Of a stretch of 64,000 nucleotides of DNA, positions 52,661-64,000 are shown piece by piece. The DNA lies in contig OZ024743.1 of assembly GCA_964016885.1 (NCBI GenBank), positions 103,974,001-104,038,000 of the forward strand, in the 5' to 3' direction. The position numbers and the translations under genes were made by a program. Under the pieces are notes generated by a model. The model was not told the origin of the DNA and searched no databases. It saw nothing but the letters and a program-made list of their open reading frames with translations. The first letter of the stretch is position 1. Each line of letters starts with the position of its first letter. The stretch comes from Eledone cirrhosa. Its lineage: Eukaryota.

Positions 52661-55600
52661 AAAACTGAAAAGAAGGAATGGACCTCTATCAGTTTTAACC
52701 ATGAGTATTCCAGTTGTTTGATCAAAATTACAGCCTACTCATAAAACTAAAGTGCAAGTGGCTGAGCTTTCCACAGGCACATGTACCTTTAATGTAATTG
52801 TGAGGGAGGTTCAACATGATACAATGTGTGAGACATGACTGGCCTTTTGGATATCAAATACTGTTCATCTGACAGGCTACCAATCAGTTTCTCTCTTCCC
52901 AATATCACTCACAAGATATGGGTTGACTAGAAGCTATGATAAATGACACTTGCCTAAGATGTCACACAGTGGGATTGAACCTGGGACTAAGGATTGCTGC
53001 ATCCACAACTGGTACAGAGAAACCATAACTGATAGGGTTCAACAGGTTCTGATTCTATGAAACAAAACCACCCACTTTAAAGGGTTCCTATTGCAATTAA
53101 AATTGGTCAACAACATTTTATTTAAGGACTATATTTTAACACTTTTGATACCAAATTTCCCCATTGTTCTACAAAACAAAACTGCTTGTCTTAAAACGTT
53201 TACACATATATACCCTTCCATCGTAATTTTATTTAAGAATTTTTCATTAAATAATGTTTTAAACATCAACTTACTAATTAAAATGTTATTTTACAGAACT
53301 CCTCAAAATGTTTGATTATCTTCAAAATTAATGGAAACAGATTGGCAAAGTGTTTCATTAGAAATATGGCAACAAAAGGGTTAAGCTACTTTCTTAGTAA
53401 TAAAATAATTGTAGTAAATCCTTTAAAATTCTTGATTAATTAATGGAAATAGAATGTATTTCCTAAAAAGTATGGTCACAAAATGATTAAGAGAATGCTG
53501 GAATCTGAGTGAATTCATCTTTAGATACATTACAGGAGGCTGAAAACTATTTTAAATGATGCCCTTGTCACTCAATTTATGGAACTCGGATACATTATCA
53601 ACAAATGATGAGAAAGATTAAAACAAAAAAAACTTCTGTTCCCGACTATATATCTACTGGAATGCAGTGCGTTTCTATAAATTTTGAATCTTCTCAATTT
53701 TAGCTTGTAGTAAAGTGTGAATATGAGAGAGAGTTTTATTGGTAGTGAATAGATGAAAAGCAAAATCAGAACTCAGATCACTGTAAAACATTACAAGACA
53801 CCACTGTATCAGTCCATTTCTCCACCATTTGTTAAGATAAACCTTTTCTACATACCCTTCCCCTATCCCCTTGTTACCAGAAATATATAAAATCTATTTA
53901 ATAAATCCTAGTATCTCATACTGAGTGTTTTAGGCATCCGTACAGTCATGAGCAGATTCAGACACTTTCTTGATATTTGTTCCTTTAATCCAGCAGAACA
54001 ACCAGGATGTGGCAACTAAGAAAGAGAGCTATACCATTACAAGGCCGGTACATACTTTATCAACTCTGAAAGGATGAAAGGCAAAGTGAACCTCAGGAGG
54101 ATTTGAACTCAGAACAAAGATTTGGATCAAATATCCAATGCTCTAACAACTTCACCAAATCGACCCCTTTACGAAAATGGACAGCATAATACAGCCAATC
54201 TGTGTTTGGCTAATCCAATTGGCTATACTACTTTCAATGTTTTATTTTTTTCTCGAACAAGCTGTTGACTAAGCAAGAAGGTTTTCAACAGTATTTTTTT
54301 TTATCCACCATGGAAAGCTTAAGGTCTTGTGAACTCCAGGAAGATTTGAATTCAGAACAGTGAGAGAAGCACTAAATATTGCTATCCTCCACTGTAATGC
54401 TTTCTCCATTTTTGTCTGTTTGTGCCTGGGGTTCTGCATACCAGAAAGCATTCTCCCACATTGTCCAGACATATATCACTGGGGTAGCGATGGTATGGGT
54501 TGCTAATATTTATGCTTTCTTTGTAAAAGAAATGACAGATTTAAATCAGAGGATATTCGGTTTGAATGTCAGGAAAAGAAAAGAAAAAAAAATCAAACAA
54601 AAAAGATAAAATATGTCAGTAAATTAACCACTCAAGTGTAGAGTTTTAAGGCTGGGTGGATTTAATTTCATGTAATATTTAATGTATTACCTTTGGTGAA
54701 ATATTTAGTTGCAGATCTTTTAATAACAAGTGACAAGAGGAAGATTTGGATTATGATTGAGAGACAAGGCTATCCTATTAGATCAATTGTCTATTATTTT
54801 ATAGCTCAAATTTAGGGTCAACATTTGACTAAGACTAAGCTGAAACATTCCAACAGTGACACAGAGGAGGAAATAGTATCAACAAATAACAATAAGTGAA
54901 ATAAAATAATAAAACAAAACAAAAACAACTCAAGTATTTTTGAAAGTTATTAAGTAACTAACTAGAGGAATATAGTGTGTTTTAAATCTTGACATTCTGT
55001 CTGTACCCTATAAACATGCAACAGTATGACATTGTAAAGTATAAAATAGCAATGAACTCTTTAATATAAGAGGGGTAATTCTATCAAGGAAAAAATCAAT
55101 ACCCATACGCACGAGACATTAGTTTTTCGCATAAATGACTACATCATATTAAATAATAAAGTGTTTAATTCAATACTACAACTATGTCTACCAGTAAAGA
55201 TACTATAATCATTTGAATTAACAAACCAATTTTTAAATATCTAAAAACAGGGTCTGTTAATTCAAATTCTTATATCTTTACTAGCAGACAGATCGTTGTT
55301 AAAATTTGCAGTAAACTAAAGTAAAGACTTTATTTATTAATGTGATGTAGTCATAGTACTGTTTTGTACTTTTCAATAATGTCTTGCTAATAATGCTATT
55401 TCATGTGGTTCAGGGTCTTAAGAGTTAAACAATGTTCTTTAGCCAATTTGTCAATAAAAGCTAATTTTCTAATCAGGCTTCATAAAATTTTGGCTTTAGC
55501 AATGGTTTCTAATTCAAGCACAAAGCCAACACTTTATGTATCAACCCTAGTACTTAACTTATACTGAATTTTATCAACACGAGGAGGATGAAAGGCAAAG

Positions 55601-57544
55601 TTGATCTTGGCAAGATTTGAACTTAAAACATAAAGAGCAGAAACAAATACTGCAACACACTTTCATTACCTTAATGTTGTCTCTATAGACTAGATAATAC
55701 TTCATGCACCATTCATTTCAGCAAGTCAAGATTAGCTATAGGTACAAACCTGTGGTAGACTACTTACAACATCAGTCTCATTCAATTCATAGAAGATAGT
55801 TGGCAGATATGTACTAGACTTATGACACTCCAGGGAATTGGGGAATATTTTATTTTATAACATGGAATAAATGGTTTTGTACTTTTAAACATATTTATTG
55901 AGTACTATTCCCATATCAGGACAAGACAATGAAAAGGGATATATGTGTTTATTTAACCTGCAAGAAATAGTAATGGGTATGTTTTATCATGGCACCAACT
56001 TATGACTTTGAGGACAATTGGCAGTGTCAAACAAAATGCTTTGAGGTATTTAGTTGAGTTCAAATCCTGCCGAGGTCAACTTTGCCTTCATTTTTCCAGA
56101 CTCAATAAAATAAAGTACCAGTAAAGTACTGGACAATATAATCAATCCCCCCACCCCCAAAAAGAAATTTCTGGCCTTGTGCCAATGTTAGAAAGATTTG
56201 TTATTATTTTGCACTCAAATCTCATATGGAGTATAAAGTTAATAGTACCTGCTTTCTTGATAAGAGATTTATATAAACTAAGATGAAAGGAATGAGTGTA
56301 TTATGACATAAACAAGAGGGTGGTAGTCATTGTAGTAATGGCAATAGTGGTAATAGCAGCAGCAAGCAGGATGGTAATGCACTTTTCTGTTTTCGTAAAA
56401 CTGTTATACAGATAGATAAAAGTAAATTCATAACTTGTTTAAAGTTGTATTTTATTTTTTCTAACCTTTAACAAGAAAATTTAGGATTGTCCCGCATGTG
56501 AATAAATAAACCACTGAGTCATAACTATGTTGATACAAAATAACATGAAACCACCCTAGATTTACAATACAAGATTGCTCATTTTAAAATGTTTGTCCCA
56601 GTTTTATACTCTTCCATTATAATTTCATTTAAAAAATTTTTGTTAAGTAATGTTCTAAATATTAGCTTATTAACGAAAAACCTTTTTGCTCACTTATTAT
56701 TGAGAGAGCCATGGGGGCAGAGTCCTCAAACACTCCTTCCAGTGGGTCCTGTAAGAAGCAACTGTCTTCAACTTATTCGGCTGGAGCCCTAAGTGAGACC
56801 AACCTCAAGATACTTGAACTTCAGTTGCTTCAATGGAACTCCAAAACCTAGTTATTTTATTAAATTCCTCCAAATATTTGGTTATTTTTTTAATTAATTT
56901 AAACATATAGGTGGTGTATTTCATAAAGAATATGGTTTTGAAAGGGTTGACCAACCCTACATAAGCTTCATTCAACATGTTACGTCCTACTGCCTTCAAT
57001 TTAAAAAAAATAAAGGAAAAATATATTGGAATGTGGTCTGAGGTGTATTAAGGAAACAAAAAAAAAAACACTGTTGAAATGTTTTTGATATTAGGTTTGA
57101 GCTGAGGTCAAACAACAAACAAAACTAGACAGCAAAGCAACTGCAACATACCTCAACATATGAATGATTTGAAGTAAAACTGCATATAAAATGAATGAGA
57201 TATTGTGTACAAGAGAGGAAACTGAGCTGGTACCAACATGTGGTACATATGGAGAATAATAATTAGGTAAAGAAGTGCTAAGTAACCCAAATGAAGGGAA
57301 CCTGCAAAAAGGAAAAGCAAGGAATTCATGCAGTGAAAACTGATCTTAACAGGCCCAACCACAGAAAGATGATGACAAAAAATAACAACAAGTGACAAGA
57401 CTTTATGTTGGAAAAATCTAGTCCAATCCATGCAAATGCAGAGAAAAAGACATAAAATAATGGTGATAATTGATCTCCAGATCATCTTTCACCTTAGTTA
57501 CATATCTATAAGAAACAATATTTCTTTAATAACAAACACTATAT

Positions 57545-58610
57545 CATCATCATCAACATCACCATTTTACGTCCGTTCTTCCACGCTAGCATGGGTTAGA
57601 TGGGTTGTCCTGTTGTGGGCAGTGTCTAGTCGGCTGACCTTGTCTTGCTCATACGGGAACTGATTCTGGCTTGATTTCTACAGCTGGATGCCCTTCCTAA
57701 CACCAACCTCATTTACAGTGAGTGCTGGGCACTTTTTTTCTGAGGCGCCTACACGTCCACTTTACAGGGTGGGCTGGGTGCTTTTTTGCTGTGGCACCTC
57801 CACGACCACTTTGCAATGGGAGGGGTGGGGGCATATTGTCTATATGCTTCAGCTTCGGCGTGTTCCTGTGGGAAGTCGGGGCTTCTGTATTACTGTGTAA
57901 CGCCAGAGGTGCAATTGGGTAAGGTTGGCTTTTATCACCTCATCCCAGGTCTTCTTGGGTCTCCCCACTCTGCAGCTTCCATCATCTTCTAGTGCTCTGC
58001 TCCTTTTTATGCAGCTGTCATCCTTCATACGCATCACATGTCCATACCAACGTAACCTCCTCTCCTGCGCACAGCATTTGATTTCTCTTATGCTCAGTCT
58101 CTCTCTGTTTGTTTATGCTTTGCTGTTCGCGTATATTACTATTACACATCCATCGGAGCATGCAAGCTTCGTTTCTTTCTAATCTGCGCAAGTCTTCTAC
58201 AGACAGCACCCAGGTCTCACTACCATGTAACATTGCTGTTCGTATACACGCATCATACAGTCTGCCTTTCATTTTGAGGGAAAAGCCTTTTGCAGCTAGC
58301 AGTGGCAGTAGCTCCCTGAACTTCTTCCATTCTGCTCTTACCCTAGTTATTGTACTTTCCGAACACCCACCTCTGCTGCTAATTCGGTCACCTAGGTAGC
58401 AGAAGCTGTCTACTGTTTCTACAGAGCCCTCCCAGAGTTTGGTGGTGCTTGTTTCCTGTGACCGTTTGCTGCCCCAGCACAGCTGCTACAAATGAAGTCT
58501 ACATTCTTAGTTAAGCTTCCTGAGATCCCACTACATCTCTTGTGTACCCATTGTTTGAATTTGGGGCAGAGGGTGGAGTCCCTACTTACACCTTTCCTAC
58601 ATACTGAGCA
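57545..58610 (-). mobile_element. 3' fragment of the same RTE-type LINE
   Basis: Colinear with about 16330-17420; GRLYDACIRTAMLHGSETW and CSVCRKGV motifs; (CAT)n at the left end. Confidence 0.93.
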
Positions 58611-61305
58611 GTATACTATATGTAACACACAATAGAGAATACAGAGCTGACATTGTTTAACAGAGATTAAGTGAGCTTTGTATAAATTCTCAAATTCTTG
58701 ATCTTTAGGATTTGACCAGTGCAGAAGTATTCCAGCTGCATGATGTTTTATCCATTTATCTTAATACAAAGCATCACATGGTAGTAACTAGATATCATAT
58801 TTCGTTACTATGTCACTGTAAAGTCGTCACTGTTCCTTCATTTATCTTCCCTCGATAAGAAAACTATGAATACATTAATATTAATAATTCTTCTAATTGT
58901 GGCACAAGGTCAGAAATTTGGAGTAAGGAAATGTTGAATACATTAACCTCAGTATGTAACTGGTACTTTATTGATGCTGAAAGGATGAAAGGTAAAGATG
59001 ACCTTAGAGGGATTTAATCTCGGAGCACAAACAAGACAGACAATGAATATTGCAAAGTATATCTGATGCACTAACAATTCCACCACTTCCCTCCCAAACT
59101 ACTTCCCTGCCACACCATAATTAATAATACTAAGAATAAAAACAATGATGAAGAAGATGACTGAAAAGTGTTCTGCTAACAATAAGAGAGATATGAATAC
59201 TAGTCGCAGTTTTATTGCTTCCAGCTAATAAGCCGAAAAGAAATTAGAAACTGGAGTTTACGCATATGATATATAGTAATACTGACTGCTTTTCAAGCTC
59301 ACAAAATAGCAGGCATTTAATGAAGCACAAGAAATGATAACAGTGGTTAGTCTTCATAGTAATTACCATTACTAGGGGTAGTAATGCTATCAATGAATAA
59401 CAAACCAGTCAATCAATCCAGTTCCTGTAATTGGTGCAACCAGTTGTTGGAGTGCCACTCTAGACATCTGAGTGTGGCATTTCAATGGGCCAGAAAAATG
59501 CTTGGCAATGCCCATTTCATCTACAAAAATGGAATGTATGAGCAAGACAGTCACTTGTCAGGCCCAGCTTTAGAACATGACAACCTGTCTAACCCATGCA
59601 AGCATGGAAAATAGATGTTAAACAGTGGTGATGATGATGATAATCCCTCTAAAAATACTAAAATAGGCACCTTGTACTTGCAATGTCAACAACAACTCTT
59701 CAAGGGTTTTCTCAATTAGTCCCACAACAGTCACCACTGCCATCCCACATCTAGAGACCACTCTATGGTTACATAGCTACAATTGTTGCTAGGCACATAC
59801 ATCTGACTCACAAAAAAGTAATTTGGAGAAACAGTTTTTAAATGAAATGATGATTTTGATGACAGTTTGGACAATGTCAACAAAATAATTTTGTTCTTAC
59901 TATATGCAGCTGATGATGATGATGATATTAAAAAAACAAAAAAAAAACAGAAAAACTATTTATACAAAAGACCAGTGAGTAATATAATTACAGTATCTAA
60001 TATGTCTAATTACAATTAATTAACTAAACACTACTTGCATGAATATCCATGTTTAATCAACAATGTTGTTGTCCCATATAGATAGAATTCCACATTCATA
60101 ATTCTGCTTCATCTGTAGCATATAATTAAAACTTATGGAGAACATATGATAGTGCAAGCAGAAATGACTAATAGCTAATAAAAGCTAGTTTTAATAGCAA
60201 TTTAGTTGCTGTTTCATAAAAGAAGTAAACAAACAGCTAACTACAATGACTTGTGATTAATCAGAGAACAAACAATGACCAATTGAGTAAAGAATTATGA
60301 ACTTATATCAAGAGAATACATGAATGAATGAATGATATAAACAGGATTTAAAATGGAGATAGTGTTCTATTATTGGCAGCACTGATGTAAACAAACAAGG
60401 AATCAAATCAAAGAAGGAGTTGCTATGTGATAACCTGCAAGAAATAGTTCCCAATTCTCCCTCAATTTTTATTTCCTTTACCACCACTTTCATCGATGCC
60501 ACTCCAACCAGATCAAGGACACACCCAGCACCCGTGTTGTAATGAGGTAGTGTTGGTGCCATGATAAAAACACCCTGTTCAAGCTGTGAGGTGGTAGCAC
60601 TAATCTCAAAATACTCTCAGAACATGCTGAAAAGTGGTCAGTATTAGGAAGGGTATCCAGCTGTAAAAACCATGCCAAAAAATCAAGCCTTCAAGCAATC
60701 TCAGTACGTAACAGCCCATCTAACCCAGAAAAGAATAGAAAATAAATTTTAAATGTAACAAATTAGCAGAAAATGTCTAAAAACTGGGTTATTTAATTCT
60801 TTACAGAGCATTATCAAAATTTGCACTATTAAAGTAAAGACTAATTTTTAAATTTTGCAGCCAGTGTAGTTTTGTACTTTCTAAGAATATTTTTACTAAA
60901 GTGGTTTCATGTGGTACAGGACATTCATTGTTAAAAAAAGGAAGGACATTGAATAATATAGTTCTAGATACATTATAATCATTATAGTCTCTTTGATACA
61001 TTATAGTCTATTTGATTATAGGGTCGCTCACTCAGAGTTGACAGAACTAATCAACAAATATATACATAAAATAATCAAGTTAATTTTGGCTGCAGTTTAC
61101 GGATTTTGAGATATTATTTTATCTATTATATATACTCAAATATAAGCAGATTCGAGTATAAGCCAAACACATTTTATGTCTGAGAAATAGGCAAAAATCC
61201 AAACCTTGTTTAAAAGTCAGGGCAGGTAATCAAAACATGCTTAGATAGTGAGGGTTTGAAATTCTCATGAGTTAATATTTAAAATGTTTTAAGTGTCATT
61301 TAGAG

Positions 61306-61507
61306 CAGTGGTTGCCAATCGGCGGACCACTGGTGGCACAATTTTGTTACATTTAATAGGGACATTTCATATTAATAAAATGGAAGTTCTTTGATCATTA
61401 TTTTACAAATGTATCTATCTTTTTTAAAATAATCCATATTAGTCGTCTGCGGGATTTAAAATTACGAATTTAGTGGTCCGTGAGGTCCAAAAGTTTGCCA
61501 ACCGCTG
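61306..61507. mobile_element. hAT (Charlie-like) MITE
   Basis: TIRs CAGTGGTTGCCAA / TTGCCAACCGCTG (imperfect); perfect 8-bp TSD ATTTAGAG at 61298-61305 and 61508-61515. Confidence 0.88.
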
Positions 61508-61729
61508 ATTTAGAGTATAGTTTTGTTTCACAACTCCTTTACATAATGATTTTTTTTAATACAAATTTGCAACTGTTTTGAAGGCTATAATCATTCAAAA
61601 CATCAAAAAACAATAGGAAATACAAATTTCACAATGAAAGGGAAACTGGTGTAATATTTACCTCCAAAATAGCACCTCATTTACATAGAAATTTGAAGTT
61701 GGTGAAAATCATTAAAATATTGACCTTAA

Positions 61730-61937
61730 CCCTTTAGCATGTACATTACTCTATATTTACTATTATATTTGAACGGTAAAGGCTTTATCTCACATAATAC
61801 TGAATCTATGAGATTTCGATATAAATTATTTTGAGAACAATACCTTAATATCAGTATGAGTGGCTGTAACCAGCCGGTTTGAACAGAAAGAGGTAAGAGA
61901 ATTCTGGCCAGATATGGCCAATTTAAATGCTAAAAGA
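61730..61937. mobile_element. piggyBac-type MITE family A (nested)
   Basis: TTAA|CCCTTTAGCAT...AATGCTAAAAGA|TTAA. Confidence 0.85.
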
Positions 61938-62660
61938 TTAAATATAAGCTGGCATCCCACCATTTTACCATCAGTTCTTTTGTAACATATTTCTCAGCTT
62001 ATATATACATACGAGCATATAGGGTAAATATTTCTTTCATTTTCTCAACAACTAAAACATTTTCAAAGTAGCTATGTGCAAACTTAAAAAGTTGTAAACA
62101 AATACCATTAAGTATTTTGTTCAACACTCCTAATTCTGCCATCCACCATATTATATATGCATTGTGCGAGTGTGTGAATTTGATAGAAACTAAGGAAATC
62201 TGTCAAATAACTATATAAATATGCATGTATGTATATGTATATTCATCTGTAACTCTTTAAAATTTTCAAACACACACAGTCAAATGCATTTCTCATATCA
62301 ATCGTGTTGCTACAATAAGTTTACTTAGCAATCACACGGTCCTGGGTTCTAACTCTACATTTGTGCCTGTAAATAGTTATTTTCCCAAAGTTACTTAAAC
62401 ATTTAATCTTGTATGTCATTTGTACATAAATGATGAACATGTGCCTTAGGCAAACCATTAATATATGGCGCAAATTTCCCAGTATGAATGCTCATGTATC
62501 CAGCAATCCTGTTACATAAGGTATACTAATCCTGGACTCCAAAAATTAAATATGTTCAATGTTATTGCCATCATTATTGATGCCACTGGTTGACTAGTGT
62601 ATATAAATATATATATAAAATAAGGGGAATTTTTCTCCTGAAATATAAAGGACTGATTAA

Positions 62661-62852
62661 CCCTTGAGCATTTACATTACTCTATATATACTATTGTATT
62701 TCCACGGGAAACACTTTATCTCACATAATATCCAATCTACGAGATGTTGATAGTATTTTGAGAACAATACCTTAACATGAGTATGAGCAGCCAGTTACAG
62801 CCGATTTGAACAGAAATAGGTGAAAGAATTCTGGCCAGATATGGCCGGTTTA
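62661..62852. mobile_element. piggyBac-type MITE family A, right end truncated
   Basis: TTAACCCTTGAGCATT start; colinear interior. Confidence 0.8.
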
Positions 62853-62902
62853 CATATTTTCAAGGTAACATTCCAACTCTTCTTATTATTTTTAACATTT
62901 AA

Positions 62903-63090
62903 GGCGGTGAATTGGCAGTATCGTTAGAGAGTCGGACGGCATGCTTTGCAGCATAGAGTTATGGCCCTTTATGATCTGAGTTCAAATCGCGCCGAGGTTA
63001 ACTTTGCCTTTCATCCATACAGCGTCGATAAAATAAAGTAACAGTAATGCACTGGGATAATTGCTGGACTTGTGCCAAAAAGTAGAAACA
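62903..63090 (+). mobile_element. Full-length tRNA-derived SINE (family 1, Meta-domain-like core)
   Basis: A-box-like TGGCAGTATCGTTAG, B-box GAGTTCAAATC, core GCCTTTCATCC...GTCGATAAAATAAAGTA; perfect 18-bp TSD ATTATTTTTAACATTTAA (62885-62902 and 63091-63108). Confidence 0.9.
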
Positions 63091-64000
63091 ATTATTTTTA
63101 ACATTTAATGTCATACTTGCATTGGCATAGCCCTCTAAAACATTTTTTCAAAAATTCTACTAACACTGTAGGATTGTGGTAAGAAAACAATGGGATTAAA
63201 AAAAGCCCAACTGAAAATTCAAATAAGGAAACAAAACCAAATTCCTATAAATATTTCTTTTCTTTTTTTTTAATGTGACATGATGTAAATGAATGCCTTA
63301 AGATTTAGTAGAGAAGAGCAGGACTAAATATGGGAAGTAGTTTTTACTTTATATAGGATATAAAACCTTCACAGTAAGTGTCTCTCGCAAACAAATATCT
63401 TTACTGATAAGAAAAAGGAAATGTGTAATAATGTTACAAAGGTCTCTCTTGTCATAATCACCAAGTTTTATTAAGACATGTTCTTACAATTTCGTTTTTC
63501 CTCCTTAAGAGGTTAAACTGATAACTTCATAATAGAACAATACTGACTTTCATTGTAGAGAATAATATTGGCTGCATAGACACAAGAAACCAGTTTGGCT
63601 AGCTCAGGTATTTCAGTTGTTGTTGTCCAGCCAATGATCAACATGTTGTGCGTATCTGGTTCAGATATCCTGCATTCCTGTATGTGGTAACAGGTACCCC
63701 TATATCTGCATATTGTAATGAGTACCCCATCTATCTTCATATTGTAATAGGTACCCTATATCTCAGTGTGTTGTAATAGGTAACTCATGTCTCTGTGTGT
63801 TGGAAGATAGTGACGCAAAAAGGACTCCATGGCGAGTATGAAGTTTGTCAAGGGGTCTGCAAGGCTAACCCTTGAATTAGCAAGGAATTTGTCTTTAAAT
63901 ATTTGTAGTAGCTCCTCAATAGGTCAAACCAATAATTTCACTATGGAGTATGGCAATGGCTACACGGATAAGAAATTGGTTTGGTTGGCTCAGGTGTTTC

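Larger units (their letters stand above)
61128..62025. mobile_element. Tc2/pogo-like MITE (family of 13493-13924) interrupted by two other MITEs
   Basis: Segments outside the nested inserts are the reverse complement of the 13493-13924 interior. Confidence 0.7.

Noticed and set aside
62903-62990. tRNA-like A/B boxes
   Set aside because: This is a SINE head, multi-copy with a TSD, and I could not fold a cloverleaf.

Overview
AT-rich eukaryotic genomic DNA, most likely a coleoid cephalopod such as Octopus (inferred from the SINE/RTE-LINE repertoire and dense (TA)n/(CA)n/(GAT)n microsatellites). The window is almost all intron of one minus-strand gene, a protein 4.1 / coracle (EPB41-family) FERM protein. 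I reconstructed by hand a frame-consistent chain of GT-AG exons from 39663 down to 806. Nine exons (49, 76, 45, 180, 88, 153, 98, 188, 236 nt) encode the end of FERM-N, FERM-M, FERM-C, the FA domain and the start of the spacer. Six symmetric phase-0 exons (237, 63, 54, 99, 69, 75 nt) follow in the charged spacer region. I did not find the 5' exons or the C-terminal CTD exons, which probably lie outside the window. The introns hold RTE-type LINE fragments, a CRE-like fragment, at least two tRNA-derived SINE families, piggyBac-, hAT- and Tc1/pogo-type MITEs (one nested three-way), a non-autonomous Helitron, minisatellites and many inverted repeats. The most interesting points are a 91-bp hairpin whose only mismatches become G-U pairs on the pre-mRNA strand, inverted LINE copies bracketing an in-frame 1113-nt exon block (circRNA or skipping candidate), and the modular cassette-exon array. 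No prokaryotic-type system, CRISPR array, rRNA or true tRNA gene is supported. Exon coordinates were counted base by base; repeat boundaries are approximate.
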